Below, one piece after another: positions 27,491 through 37,215 of a DNA stretch of 64,000 bases (position 1 is the stretch's first letter; the number at the start of each line of letters is the position of its first letter). Under the pieces are notes generated by a model. That model did no database searches, had not been told where the DNA came from, and saw nothing but the letters and a program-made list of their open reading frames with translations. The stretch is from positions 26,667-90,666 of the forward strand of contig JAQUZE010000004.1 of the NCBI GenBank assembly GCA_028691515.1, written 5' to 3'. The position numbers and the translations under genes are program-made. Origin of the DNA: Bacilli bacterium. GTDB taxonomy: Bacteria; Bacillota_I; Bacilli_A; ML615J-28; CAG-698.

Positions 27491-30400
27491 ATGAAAAGAA
27501 TAACAAAATATTTACTTATTTTTGTTTTCGTTTTATCAGTCTTTACTTTGGCTGCTTGTGGCAAAGTAAAAGTTACTGATATTACTATTGAGAATCCTGC
27601 AATTTCATTAGAAGAAGAAGCTACAGAGCAAATCGTTTATACGGTATTGCCTGAAGATGCAACTGATAAAACAGTTACATTTGCTTCTGCAAATCCTGAA
27701 ATTGCAACTGTTAGTGAGACAGGTTTAGTTACTGGTGTTGCTGCCGGTGATACAAAAATTACTGTTACTTCTGGTAAAATTGAAAAAGAAGTTGATGTAA
27801 CAGTTGTTGAAAAAGGCCCTGAACCTTTAACTATTTCTGCGGCTTTAGCCCTTGATGATCTAGCAGATGTTACTTTAAAAGGACAAGTAATTGGTATCCA
27901 AGGTACACAAGCATGGTTAGCTGATACTGAAGCTGGTATTTCTTTATATAATGTACCAGAAGCAGATTTAGCTAAAATCGTTGTTGGTAATGTTATAGTT
28001 GTTACTGGAAAACGTGCTGATTATTCAGGCACAAAGCAAATTGGTGATATAACTGAAATTAAGGTTGTTGAAACTGATAAACCTGCAATAGCATCTATTA
28101 ATCTTGCTGATTTGTCTGAAACTAAGTTAAATGAATCTAATCAAAGATTAATTAAAGGTAGTTTTGAAATAACACAAGTTCCTACAACAATTGAATATAA
28201 TGAAGATGGCTCATTAAAGAACCATTTAACTTATAAAATGACTGACGGAACTAATGAAGTAATTTTTTATGTGAAAAAATATTTATCTGCTGCTGCTGTT
28301 ACTTCAATGAAAACTGTTTTAGACAGTATTGAATTAGGTGGAAAAATTACATTTGATAAGGCTGTTGTTGGCTGGTATAAATCAGTTCCTCAAGTTTTAG
28401 TTATAAATGAGACAGTATTATCATATGAAGCTCCAACTATTGTTGAAGTTACTGGTGTAGAAGTAACAAATAAAACTGTTAAAGTTGATCAAGAATCAAC
28501 AGAACAGATAATTTATGAAGTTTTACCTGCAAATGCAACAGATAAGACTGTTACATTTACTTCTGCTGATGATACTATTGCTACAGTTAGTGAAACAGGT
28601 TTGATTACAGGTGTTGCTGTTGGTGAAACAACTATTTCTGTAAAAGCAAAAACATTTGAACAAATCGTTACTGTAACTGTAACAGAAAAACCTCTTACAA
28701 TAGCTGAAGTATTAGCTGTTGATGATGAAACTGAAGTTTTATTTAAAGGTCAAGTTATTGGTATTCAAGGAACACAAGCATGGTTAGCTGATGGAGAAGC
28801 AGGTGTGTCTTTATATTCAATACCAAGCGAACACATGGATAAAATCGTTGTTGGTAATGTTATTGTAGTTGCTGGGCAACGTTCTGATTATTCAGGAACA
28901 AAACAAATATCAAGTATTACATCAATTGAAGTTCGAGAAACTGGACAATCACAACTTGATTCAATTGATCTTGCAGATTTGGAAGCAGATACTTTAAATA
29001 ATACTCTTCAACAATTAATAGGAGGCAGCTTTGAAGTTACTGCTGTTCCTAATGCTGTAGAATATAATGAAGATGGTTCTTTAAAAAATCATTTAACTTA
29101 TAAAATAAGTGATGGAACTAATGAAGTTGTTTTCTATGTTAAAAAATATTTATCTATAGAAGCTGTTACATCAATGAAAGATGTATTAGATTCTATCGAA
29201 TTAGGTGGAACACTTACTTTTGATAATGCTGTTGTTGGTTGGTATAAATCAGTACCGCAAGTATTGGTTATTAATGAAACATCAATTAGTTTTGTTGCTC
29301 CTGCTGATCCTACTAGTGTGGTTATAACAAATGTTGACGAATTTGTAATTAATGTTCCTAAACAACTAGAAGCAATCGCTATTCCAGTTGGAAAAGTTGT
29401 TAATTACGAATGGTCAGTAGATAATGAAGCTATAGCAACTATTTCAGAATCTGGGGAGCTTACATTTATTGCACCTGGTGAAGTTGTTGTTACAGTTAAA
29501 ATTGTAGAATTTCCTACATTGACTGCATCTAAAACATTTACTCTTGTAGCACCAGATCCAACAGATATTACTATTGAAGGAGATTCAAAAGTAATTATTC
29601 ATGAGGGACAAACTTATCAGTATATTGCTACAGTTAATCCAGCTGGCGCATTACAAACAGTAACTTGGTCTGTTAATGATGTTACTAAAGCTACTGTTGA
29701 TGAATTTGGAGTTTTAACTCCAATTGCTGAAGGCTCTGTACAACTTACTGCCACTTCAACAATTAATGAAGCAATAACAAGAATAAAATTTGTTCAAATA
29801 GAAAATTATATTGAACCTAATGTTGTTATTGAAGGCTCACCAATGGTTTCTGTAGGAATTCCTACACCATTTAAAGCTACTGTAGAATCAAATTTTTTAA
29901 GTAAAAAAGTTGTTTGGTCAATTAGTGATGAAACTATTGCAACTATTTCTGAAGATGGAATATTAACAGGATTAGTTGAAGGTACAGTTACGGTTACTGC
30001 AACTTCTGAAGATGATCCTCTAGTAAAGAGTACATTCGAAGTAGAAGTTATTGTAATTTCACATGCTAATATTGTAATTGATGCAACAATTAATGACGAA
30101 ACACCATTTGAATTAACTTATGATGAAGTAGTTTATTATAAAGGAATTAATGCATTTGCAGAATTTTCTGATGCAGCTGCTTTAATTCAAGATGGAGCTA
30201 TTATTTATGTATTACCTGGTGAATACATTAAAAAAGCATCATTTAATGCTAGTAATATTCAAATTATTGGACCTAATGCAGGTATAAATCCTGTAACTGA
30301 TTTAGGATCAAGAACTGATGAAGCTAATGTACAAGCTGAATTATCTTTTGGAACTAAAACTAATAAATTAAGCAATGTTGTTATAGATGGTCTTAAATTT

Positions 30401-33400
30401 ACTGGATCTGGTTATATTTATGCTCCTTATGGAATAGATGATTTAACTGTACAAAACGTATGGTTTACTGCTCCAAATATTGACGCAGCGAAAGGTATGA
30501 TTTATGCTGCTGCTCCAACAATTGATGTTACAAGTAAAAATATTATTGTTCAAAATTCAGTGTTGGATGATAGTAATTTCTTAGGATATCGTGGTATTAG
30601 ATTAAATAATACTGAAAATATTACTATTATAGATAATTATTTCTATCAATTCTATGATGCAATTAGATTAGAATGTACAGGTAATGGTGGCTTTAATGTT
30701 GCTCCTAATGGTATTGGGGCTGCTGGAACTGTATTAATTTCAGGAAATGAATTTGATATGAATCGTCAGTATCCAATCATTCTTACTGTAGTAAGTGCAA
30801 CAAAAGTAGATGTTATTCACAATACAGTTTTGACAGATGTTGCTTTTGGAGGATCATGGGGACAAGTTTATATGTCTAATATCGTTCCAACAGATGGAGT
30901 TAAAACTGTTATAAATATTAAATATAATACATTTGAGAATTTTAATAATTATCATTCTGTAAGAATTAAATCTAACGGTCTTACTGCTGAAAATCTTGAA
31001 TATAATGTTAATTTTAATAAATGGTTAGCACAAAATAATATATATGAAGAAGCTGGTGAAATGGTTCATGAATCATATGTTTATTGTTCAATGGCTGAAG
31101 GAGATGTTGATTTAGTTACAAATGCGGCAAACAATTATTTTGCAGTAGCACCTGAAGCTATCGACTTTACAAATGTAAATACATTTGAACCTTACTTTAC
31201 AGATCTTGAAGCGTTTGAATATGCAAAAGGTGTAGACTTAGGCGAAATTGATCCCCTTGAATTACATTTATTCTTAGAAAGCAATCAAATTCAAGCTGGA
31301 AAGACAGCTCAATTAACATCTAATCTTGAGGGAACTACTTATGTTTCAAGCAATACAGATGTTGCAACAATCGATGCTTCTGGATTAATAACAGGAGTAA
31401 CTGAAGGAGAAGCAGTAATCACTGCTACAAATGGTGAAAAAACCGCAACTGTTACTGTAACAATTATTATGGGATACGATCCTTTAAATATGATGGTTGA
31501 TCCAGCTTGGGCAACTGAAGTTGAAGGAACAATGATAACTGTTAATGAACTTGAATATATAGTTGGATTGAACGGTTTTGCAACATTAGCTGATGCTGTT
31601 GAAAATGCAATTGATAATTCAACAATCTTAGTTATGGCTGGAGAATATGATGGAGGATTTGACATTGTTAAATCTGGTGTTTCAATTATTGCACCTAATG
31701 CTGAGACAAATCCAGTACTTGATGAAACTCCTTTCTTAAAAGCATCTGAAACTGCAGTACATATTAATACTGAATTTTATGTAAACGCAAGTAATGTTAC
31801 TATTAAAGGAATTTCTATGACTGGTGATGTTAGACTTCGTGGATTTACACAAATTTCTAATTTCCATTTTGAAAACAATTATGTATATGAAACATACGCA
31901 GCAACAGTAGCATGGAAAGAATTAACATATGGTATTGATTCTTCAAGTACTGGAGAGGTTACTCCTGGAGTTATTAATTTTGCTGGAAATTATACATGGG
32001 CACAAAATTTTGAATTTATTAATAACAAATTTTATAATGTTGATGATACAAATGTGTTCTTAGGATTCGCTGATAGCGCTACATTTATTGGCAATCATTT
32101 TGAAGGGTTTGGCAGAGATGCTGTACGTTTTGACTACGGACAAAACAAAGGAGTATTTGTATTAGATAACAATGAATTTATCAATGGTAAATTAAATGCT
32201 ATTTTCTTTAGAGGCTATACATCTTCAATTGCACCTGGAGAAATTAGTGTAACAGTATCAAATAATACATTTGATTCAGTTGGATTAAATCCTGATGAAA
32301 TTGTTACAACAAGTATTGCATTTGCTGGATTAGCAATTAGAAACCATCAAGAAAAAGCTGATGCAGTGTTTAATATATTTAAAAATGATTTTGTAGATTG
32401 TCCTGTAGCATTATCATTAAGAAATAATTATGCTTCAAGTATGCCTTATGAACTTGAAATATATGTTTCTTATAACTCATTTATTAATGAAGTAGCTCCA
32501 GCTTTCTATCATAAAAATCAATTTGGGGGAGATAGTAATACTTCAAATCCTGCTGATGCAGTATTTAAACACAACTATTATGGGTCAAGTGAAACTGTAG
32601 CTGTTGTTCCAACAGCAAGTCAATTTAATAATGCTGTTGTTGAACATGAAAATGATTTTGCAACATACGCAGATTTAGCAGCTGAAAGACCTAATGTAGA
32701 ATTATATGGAAAACTGATAACTTCATTAGAAATTACAAAATATGATGGAGTTGATTGGAGTGGTTTATTAGTAGTTTTAGATCCAGATGGAGACAAAGGA
32801 GCATATTGGTATAATATTATCTTACGTGAAACTACTACTGAAGGATTGTATGAAATAGTAGCAATTGGCGTTGGCGCAGTATTTAATGCTGAAACTGATG
32901 ACTACTGTATTGGTATACATGACGAAAATCCTCTTTATTCAAGCTTTGTAGCAAGTGGCCTAGAAGTTGGACATATAGTTACTTTCCCAGGAACTGATTT
33001 ATCAACTTTATCTCCTGGTGCGATTTCTGTAATGGCGAATTTCTATGGTGAAGTTGCTGAAGATTTACCACCTGTTTTAGAATTAACAATTGAAAATACC
33101 GAAATTGAAGCTGGAACAAACGGACAACTAGTTGCCAATATTGAGGGAACAACTTATGAATCAAGTGATATTTCTATTGCTACAGTTGATGAGTTTGGAG
33201 TTGTTACTGGAATCAGTTCAGGAGAAGTTACTATTACTGCAACTAATGGGGAACAAACAGCGACTATTACAATAACTATTTTTGAAGTAATTGTTCCTTT
33301 AAATTTATTAGTTGATCCTGCTATGGTTTTAGCTAATGATGAAGTATTTACTTTTGACGGAATTGAATACAAAGTGGGAGAAACTGCTTTTGCATTGTTA

Positions 33401-34921
33401 AGTGATGCTTTAGCCATTTTAAATGAAGGTTATACAATAACATTAAGAGAAGGTCTTTATGATCAAGCATTTGCAATTTCTTTAAATGATGTTACTCTTA
33501 AGGGAGCTGTTAATGAAACAGCTATAATAACAAATAAAGTTACTATTTCAGGAGCAAATGGTTTAACAATTTCTAATTTAGCTTTTACTGAGTTAGGTCA
33601 AATATATGGAACTGGAGCATTAGATAATTTTACATTTGAAAACAATAATGTTTATGCTAGTACAATAGTTGCAAGTGCTTTTTCTCCAAATAATAGAGTA
33701 GATGTAAATGCATTTATTCAATTATATAGCGGGACTGGATCAAATTTATTAGGTAATGTTACTATTGCAAATAATGTATTTGATGGGATGTCTTCAGATA
33801 TTATTAATCTTGATCGTACTTCTATTGGTAAAGAAATTAATATTTTAGATAATCAATTTAGAAATTTTGCTATTGGCGCAATTAGATTTGATGGTGGATA
33901 TAATAATGGTACTTATAATATTTTAAAAAATATATTTGTTAATGATGAATTAGGTGCTTTTGCTGGAATAGTATTTAGAGCTTATAGTGCAAGTGCTGAC
34001 CAAACACAAGTAATTAATATTGAAGAAAATTTATTTATGAATATTGGTGATTTAAGCTATGATGACGAGAATGATGAATCATATCCTCGTACTGCTGTTA
34101 TTACTACTTCAACATTCAATGACAAAAATGTTACTATGAATATTTTGAATAATGAGTTTGTAAATAATATAAACGATCTTCATTTACGTAATTCTGGAGC
34201 ATTAGCTACTAACTGGTTAACTACAATAAATTATAATGAGTTCAGAGGAACTCAAGGATATGTTTATTACGAAACAGTTGACTTAGCTGATTTGAATCAT
34301 AATTATTTTGAAGATACAGTAGGCAATCCAATTACTGATCCAACAATTTTAGCTACTTTAATTAAAACTAACACTAATCATGCAACATTAAAAGAAAAAG
34401 CGGTTGTTGAAGCAGGGAATTTATTCTTCTCTGAATATACTGAAGGTGGAAGCTATAATAAAGCAATAGAAATTTATAATAATTCTGGAAAATATGTTGA
34501 TTTGACAGGGTATATTATTGAATCTTATGCTAATGGAAAAACAACAATTGGAGCTACAATTGTATTAGAAGGAATTTTAGCAGCAGGTGACACATTTGTT
34601 ATTGCACATACTAGTGCTGCTGATGAACTTAAGAATAAAGCTGATTTACTTAGTGGTTCTCTTTCACATAATGGAGACGATGATTATTTGTTGAAGTTTG
34701 GTGATGAACTTCTTGATGCTTTTGGTCAAATTGGATTCGATCCAGGAACTGGATACGGAACAGATCCTAGTACTGCTGATATGACATGGGTTAGAAAATC
34801 TAGTATCACAACTGGTGACAAGATTTCTGATGATGTATTTGATCCAAATGTAGAATGGGTACCTACATCTTATGAAGATTTTTCTGGCTTTGGAAGTCAT
34901 ACTATTGATTCAATTGATTAA
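27491..34921 (+). CDS. giant surface lipoprotein: lipobox signal peptide, multiple Big_2 (bacterial Ig-like) domains, three right-handed parallel beta-helix (pectin-lyase-like) regions and a C-terminal lamin-tail domain (LTD)
   Basis: The signal peptide MKRITKYLLIFVFVLSVFTLAACGK carries a LAAC lipobox. Big_2-like segments are present (ATVSETGLVTGVAAGDTKITVTS and similar). NxxF(Y/F)-rich beta-helix repeats are present. The C-terminal motif FSEYTEGGSYNKAIEIYNNSGKYVDLTGY is typical of an LTD. Length is 2476 aa. Confidence 0.75.
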   Translation: MKRITKYLLIFVFVLSVFTLAACGKVKVTDITIENPAISLEEEATEQIVYTVLPEDATDKTVTFASANPEIATVSETGLVTGVAAGDTKITVTSGKIEKEVDVTVVEKGPEPLTISAALALDDLADVTLKGQVIGIQGTQAWLADTEAGISLYNVPEADLAKIVVGNVIVVTGKRADYSGTKQIGDITEIKVVETDKPAIASINLADLSETKLNESNQRLIKGSFEITQVPTTIEYNEDGSLKNHLTYKMTDGTNEVIFYVKKYLSAAAVTSMKTVLDSIELGGKITFDKAVVGWYKSVPQVLVINETVLSYEAPTIVEVTGVEVTNKTVKVDQESTEQIIYEVLPANATDKTVTFTSADDTIATVSETGLITGVAVGETTISVKAKTFEQIVTVTVTEKPLTIAEVLAVDDETEVLFKGQVIGIQGTQAWLADGEAGVSLYSIPSEHMDKIVVGNVIVVAGQRSDYSGTKQISSITSIEVRETGQSQLDSIDLADLEADTLNNTLQQLIGGSFEVTAVPNAVEYNEDGSLKNHLTYKISDGTNEVVFYVKKYLSIEAVTSMKDVLDSIELGGTLTFDNAVVGWYKSVPQVLVINETSISFVAPADPTSVVITNVDEFVINVPKQLEAIAIPVGKVVNYEWSVDNEAIATISESGELTFIAPGEVVVTVKIVEFPTLTASKTFTLVAPDPTDITIEGDSKVIIHEGQTYQYIATVNPAGALQTVTWSVNDVTKATVDEFGVLTPIAEGSVQLTATSTINEAITRIKFVQIENYIEPNVVIEGSPMVSVGIPTPFKATVESNFLSKKVVWSISDETIATISEDGILTGLVEGTVTVTATSEDDPLVKSTFEVEVIVISHANIVIDATINDETPFELTYDEVVYYKGINAFAEFSDAAALIQDGAIIYVLPGEYIKKASFNASNIQIIGPNAGINPVTDLGSRTDEANVQAELSFGTKTNKLSNVVIDGLKFTGSGYIYAPYGIDDLTVQNVWFTAPNIDAAKGMIYAAAPTIDVTSKNIIVQNSVLDDSNFLGYRGIRLNNTENITIIDNYFYQFYDAIRLECTGNGGFNVAPNGIGAAGTVLISGNEFDMNRQYPIILTVVSATKVDVIHNTVLTDVAFGGSWGQVYMSNIVPTDGVKTVINIKYNTFENFNNYHSVRIKSNGLTAENLEYNVNFNKWLAQNNIYEEAGEMVHESYVYCSMAEGDVDLVTNAANNYFAVAPEAIDFTNVNTFEPYFTDLEAFEYAKGVDLGEIDPLELHLFLESNQIQAGKTAQLTSNLEGTTYVSSNTDVATIDASGLITGVTEGEAVITATNGEKTATVTVTIIMGYDPLNMMVDPAWATEVEGTMITVNELEYIVGLNGFATLADAVENAIDNSTILVMAGEYDGGFDIVKSGVSIIAPNAETNPVLDETPFLKASETAVHINTEFYVNASNVTIKGISMTGDVRLRGFTQISNFHFENNYVYETYAATVAWKELTYGIDSSSTGEVTPGVINFAGNYTWAQNFEFINNKFYNVDDTNVFLGFADSATFIGNHFEGFGRDAVRFDYGQNKGVFVLDNNEFINGKLNAIFFRGYTSSIAPGEISVTVSNNTFDSVGLNPDEIVTTSIAFAGLAIRNHQEKADAVFNIFKNDFVDCPVALSLRNNYASSMPYELEIYVSYNSFINEVAPAFYHKNQFGGDSNTSNPADAVFKHNYYGSSETVAVVPTASQFNNAVVEHENDFATYADLAAERPNVELYGKLITSLEITKYDGVDWSGLLVVLDPDGDKGAYWYNIILRETTTEGLYEIVAIGVGAVFNAETDDYCIGIHDENPLYSSFVASGLEVGHIVTFPGTDLSTLSPGAISVMANFYGEVAEDLPPVLELTIENTEIEAGTNGQLVANIEGTTYESSDISIATVDEFGVVTGISSGEVTITATNGEQTATITITIFEVIVPLNLLVDPAMVLANDEVFTFDGIEYKVGETAFALLSDALAILNEGYTITLREGLYDQAFAISLNDVTLKGAVNETAIITNKVTISGANGLTISNLAFTELGQIYGTGALDNFTFENNNVYASTIVASAFSPNNRVDVNAFIQLYSGTGSNLLGNVTIANNVFDGMSSDIINLDRTSIGKEINILDNQFRNFAIGAIRFDGGYNNGTYNILKNIFVNDELGAFAGIVFRAYSASADQTQVINIEENLFMNIGDLSYDDENDESYPRTAVITTSTFNDKNVTMNILNNEFVNNINDLHLRNSGALATNWLTTINYNEFRGTQGYVYYETVDLADLNHNYFEDTVGNPITDPTILATLIKTNTNHATLKEKAVVEAGNLFFSEYTEGGSYNKAIEIYNNSGKYVDLTGYIIESYANGKTTIGATIVLEGILAAGDTFVIAHTSAADELKNKADLLSGSLSHNGDDDYLLKFGDELLDAFGQIGFDPGTGYGTDPSTADMTWVRKSSITTGDKISDDVFDPNVEWVPTSYEDFSGFGSHTIDSID

Positions 34922-34930
34922 ATAAAAAGA

Positions 34931-34958
34931 AAGACTCTCTTCGGAGAGTCTTTTTTTG
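34931..34958. terminator. strong bidirectional Rho-independent terminator (convergent with the radical SAM gene)
   Basis: The hairpin is AAGACTCTC-ttcg-GAGAGTCTT, followed by TTTTTTT. Confidence 0.85.
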
Positions 34959-34990
34959 TTTGTAAATATAAATGAGTGAAAAAAAGTGTT

Positions 34991-35938
34991 TTATTTATTG
35001 TTTATTCCTTGATAATACTTTTTTCTAATCATTTCTTTATCAATCTCATTCATAATGATGAATTTTTGTAATGACCAAGTTGGAACTATTAATTCTTCTT
35101 TTTTAGGATCGCCATTAATTCTATGAATAATAATTTTTGGATCTAAGATAGCAAGTTGTTCTGTTACTATATTTACATATTCTTTTAATGTAAGCATTGG
35201 AAAAGGATTTTTAAGATATTCCTTTCCAAGTCGACTGTTTTTTACAACATATAAATTATGGATTTTAAGTCCCTGAATGTCTAAAGTGTTTATATATTTA
35301 ATTGTATCTTTCATATCTTCTAAAGTTTCATTTGGTAAACCATTAATAATATGGACAATTGTTTCTATGTTTTTTTCTCTTAATTTTTTTACTGCATTTG
35401 TAAATACATCAAGCGTATAGCCTCTATTAATATATTTATTAGTTTCTTCATGTTTTGATTGAAGACCAAGTTCAATCATTACCGGAATTCTTTTGTTTAA
35501 ATCATTTAAATAATCAATTATTTCATTTGAAAGACAATCTGGTCTTGTTGAAATGCTAATTGCAACAATTTTTTCGTCTAATTTTATAGCATCTTCATAT
35601 AATTTTTTTAGTTTGTCTAGTGGAGCATATGTATTTGTAAAAGATTGAAAATATACAATGTATTTTGAATTTGGCCATTTTTTTAAAATATTGTTTTTTA
35701 TTTCTTCAAATTGTTTTCTTAGAGAATCTAATCTATTTCCAGCAAATTCTCCGCTACCTTTTTCACTACAATATATACAACCTTTATCACTAATTGTGCC
35801 GTCTCTATTTGGACAAGTAAACCCGCCATCTAGACTAACTTTAAATACTTTTGAAGAATATTTATTTTTAAAATAATCAGATAAAGTATTATATTTATGT
35901 TGAGAAGTGACAAATTTATTCATTATGTATCCTTTCAA
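34991..35938 (-). CDS. TIGR01212-family radical SAM protein (YhcC-like)
   Basis: The N-terminus is MNKFVTSQHKYNTLSDYFKNKYSSKVFKVSLDGGFTCPNRDGTISDKGCIYCSE. The C-x8-C-x2-C cluster motif is characteristic of this family. Length is 315 aa. Confidence 0.75.
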   Translation of the reverse strand: MKGYIMNKFVTSQHKYNTLSDYFKNKYSSKVFKVSLDGGFTCPNRDGTISDKGCIYCSEKGSGEFAGNRLDSLRKQFEEIKNNILKKWPNSKYIVYFQSFTNTYAPLDKLKKLYEDAIKLDEKIVAISISTRPDCLSNEIIDYLNDLNKRIPVMIELGLQSKHEETNKYINRGYTLDVFTNAVKKLREKNIETIVHIINGLPNETLEDMKDTIKYINTLDIQGLKIHNLYVVKNSRLGKEYLKNPFPMLTLKEYVNIVTEQLAILDPKIIIHRINGDPKKEELIVPTWSLQKFIIMNEIDKEMIRKKYYQGINNK

Positions 35939-36035
35939 TAATTATATAATGATATTAATAGTTTGCTATATGTTATAATATATATAGTAGTATAGACATC
36001 ATTATATCATATAAATTATATTTAAGGAGATAAAA

Positions 36036-36896
36036 ATGAAGAAGAATATTAGAATTATGGCTGATAGTACTATAGGGATAAATGAGTACGAAATTAAAAA
36101 AAGGAATATTACTATTATTCCATTAAATGTAATTATTGATGGAGTAAGTTATAAAGATGAAGTAGAGATTTTTATTGATGAAGTTTTAGAATTTGTAAAA
36201 AAGGGTGTAAAAGTGGGAAGTAGTCAACCTTCACCAGATCTTTTTGAAAAGAAATTTTTACAATTAATAGAAGAAGGAGCTACTGATATTTTATGCTTTA
36301 CTCTTTCGTCTACATTATCAGGTACTTATCAATCAGCAAATATTGCAAAAACAGATATTAAAGATGTAAACATTTATATTATTGATACTTTTTCTGCATC
36401 AATTGGTTCATTATTAATGTATGATATTGCAATGGAAGATTTGGATAGCGGTATGGAAATTACTGATATGGTGAAACACATTGAAGCTTTAACAAGAAAA
36501 AGCACTGTAATTTTAAATATGGAAAATTTAAATGCTTTGAAGATATCTGGTAGAATTTCTAGAATTAGAGCTGCAATTGGAAATTTAATTAAGGTTAAAC
36601 CTATTTTAGAATATAAGGAAGGAATATTAGAAGTTACTAGTAAATATAGAACTGAATCTGCAGTTCATAATGCAATTATTGAGAAGATTAAAAATGATTA
36701 TCTTAAAATGAAGAAAAGAATGATTATTTATATTGGACATGTTTACAATAGAGAAAGCAGTAAAAAACTTCAAAATTTAATTGAAAAAACAAAAGAACTA
36801 AAAAATGTTACTATTAAATTTTTTGATAAAATGACTGCAGTTGTTGCAATAAATATAGGATTTGGCGGGATAGGTCTTTCTTGGGTTTATGAGTAA
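36036..36896 (+). CDS. DegV family fatty-acid-binding protein
   Basis: The N-terminus MKKNIRIMADSTIGINEYEIKKRNITIIPLNVIIDG is a typical DegV/FakB start. Length is 286 aa. Confidence 0.85.
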   Translation: MKKNIRIMADSTIGINEYEIKKRNITIIPLNVIIDGVSYKDEVEIFIDEVLEFVKKGVKVGSSQPSPDLFEKKFLQLIEEGATDILCFTLSSTLSGTYQSANIAKTDIKDVNIYIIDTFSASIGSLLMYDIAMEDLDSGMEITDMVKHIEALTRKSTVILNMENLNALKISGRISRIRAAIGNLIKVKPILEYKEGILEVTSKYRTESAVHNAIIEKIKNDYLKMKKRMIIYIGHVYNRESSKKLQNLIEKTKELKNVTIKFFDKMTAVVAINIGFGGIGLSWVYE

Positions 36897-36922
36897 TTAT
36901 CTTTTCTTATAATAATATATTG

Positions 36923-36931
36923 TGGTATAAT
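36923..36931 (+). promoter_or_regulatory. extended -10 promoter (TGGTATAAT) driving the sRNA candidate
   Basis: The element TGn-TATAAT is at 36923-36931. The predicted TSS is about 7-9 nt downstream. Confidence 0.5.
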
Positions 36932-36937
36932 ATATTT

Positions 36938-37154
36938 AGGGTCTGGGGAGTACGCGTTTTTATAGATATGCGGACCGAACACTTTTATATAGGATATTGA
37001 GGTATAGTGGGTGTTGAATGCTTAGTTTATCTAAGAATCCCGATACTATGCAAAAATAGAGATAACCACTTTTTAAGAATGTGGTTTCACATGATAATAA
37101 CGGCTTCCCGGATCAATTTTAAAATAGATAATAATATTGTCTATTTTTTTATTT
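36938..37154 (+). ncRNA. candidate ~200-nt structured small RNA (class unassigned; 6S-like closed-helix architecture possible)
   Basis: It has its own extended -10 promoter. A 12-bp terminal helix is formed by 36940-36951 (GGUCUGGGGAGU) and 37103-37114 (GCUUCCCGGAUC), with G-U wobbles. Internal hairpins include CTTAG-tttat-CTAAG and AACCAC-11nt-GTGGTT. The 3' hairpin AATAGA-11nt-TCTATT is followed by a T-run (37123-37154). There is no coding potential. Confidence 0.4.
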
Positions 37155-37159
37155 AGCTT

Positions 37160-37195
37160 TTAGTTATCAAAGATGGAATTATATGATATAATAAT
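37160..37195 (+). promoter_or_regulatory. probable argS promoter (-35 TTATCA, 17-nt spacer, -10 TATAAT) overlapping the 5' end of the six-frame ORF
   Basis: The sequence ttatcaaagatggaattatatgaTATAAT is followed by the RBS GGAG and the ATG at 37216. Confidence 0.45.
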
Positions 37196-37215
37196 AACAT
37201 ATATGGAGAAAATTA

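Noticed and set aside
36900-37172. T-box riboswitch leader for argS
   Set aside because: No T-box consensus (AAUUAGGGUGGNACCGCGG) or antiterminator bulge is present upstream of the 37123-37154 hairpin. argS appears to have its own promoter downstream of that hairpin. The region is treated as an independent sRNA candidate instead.
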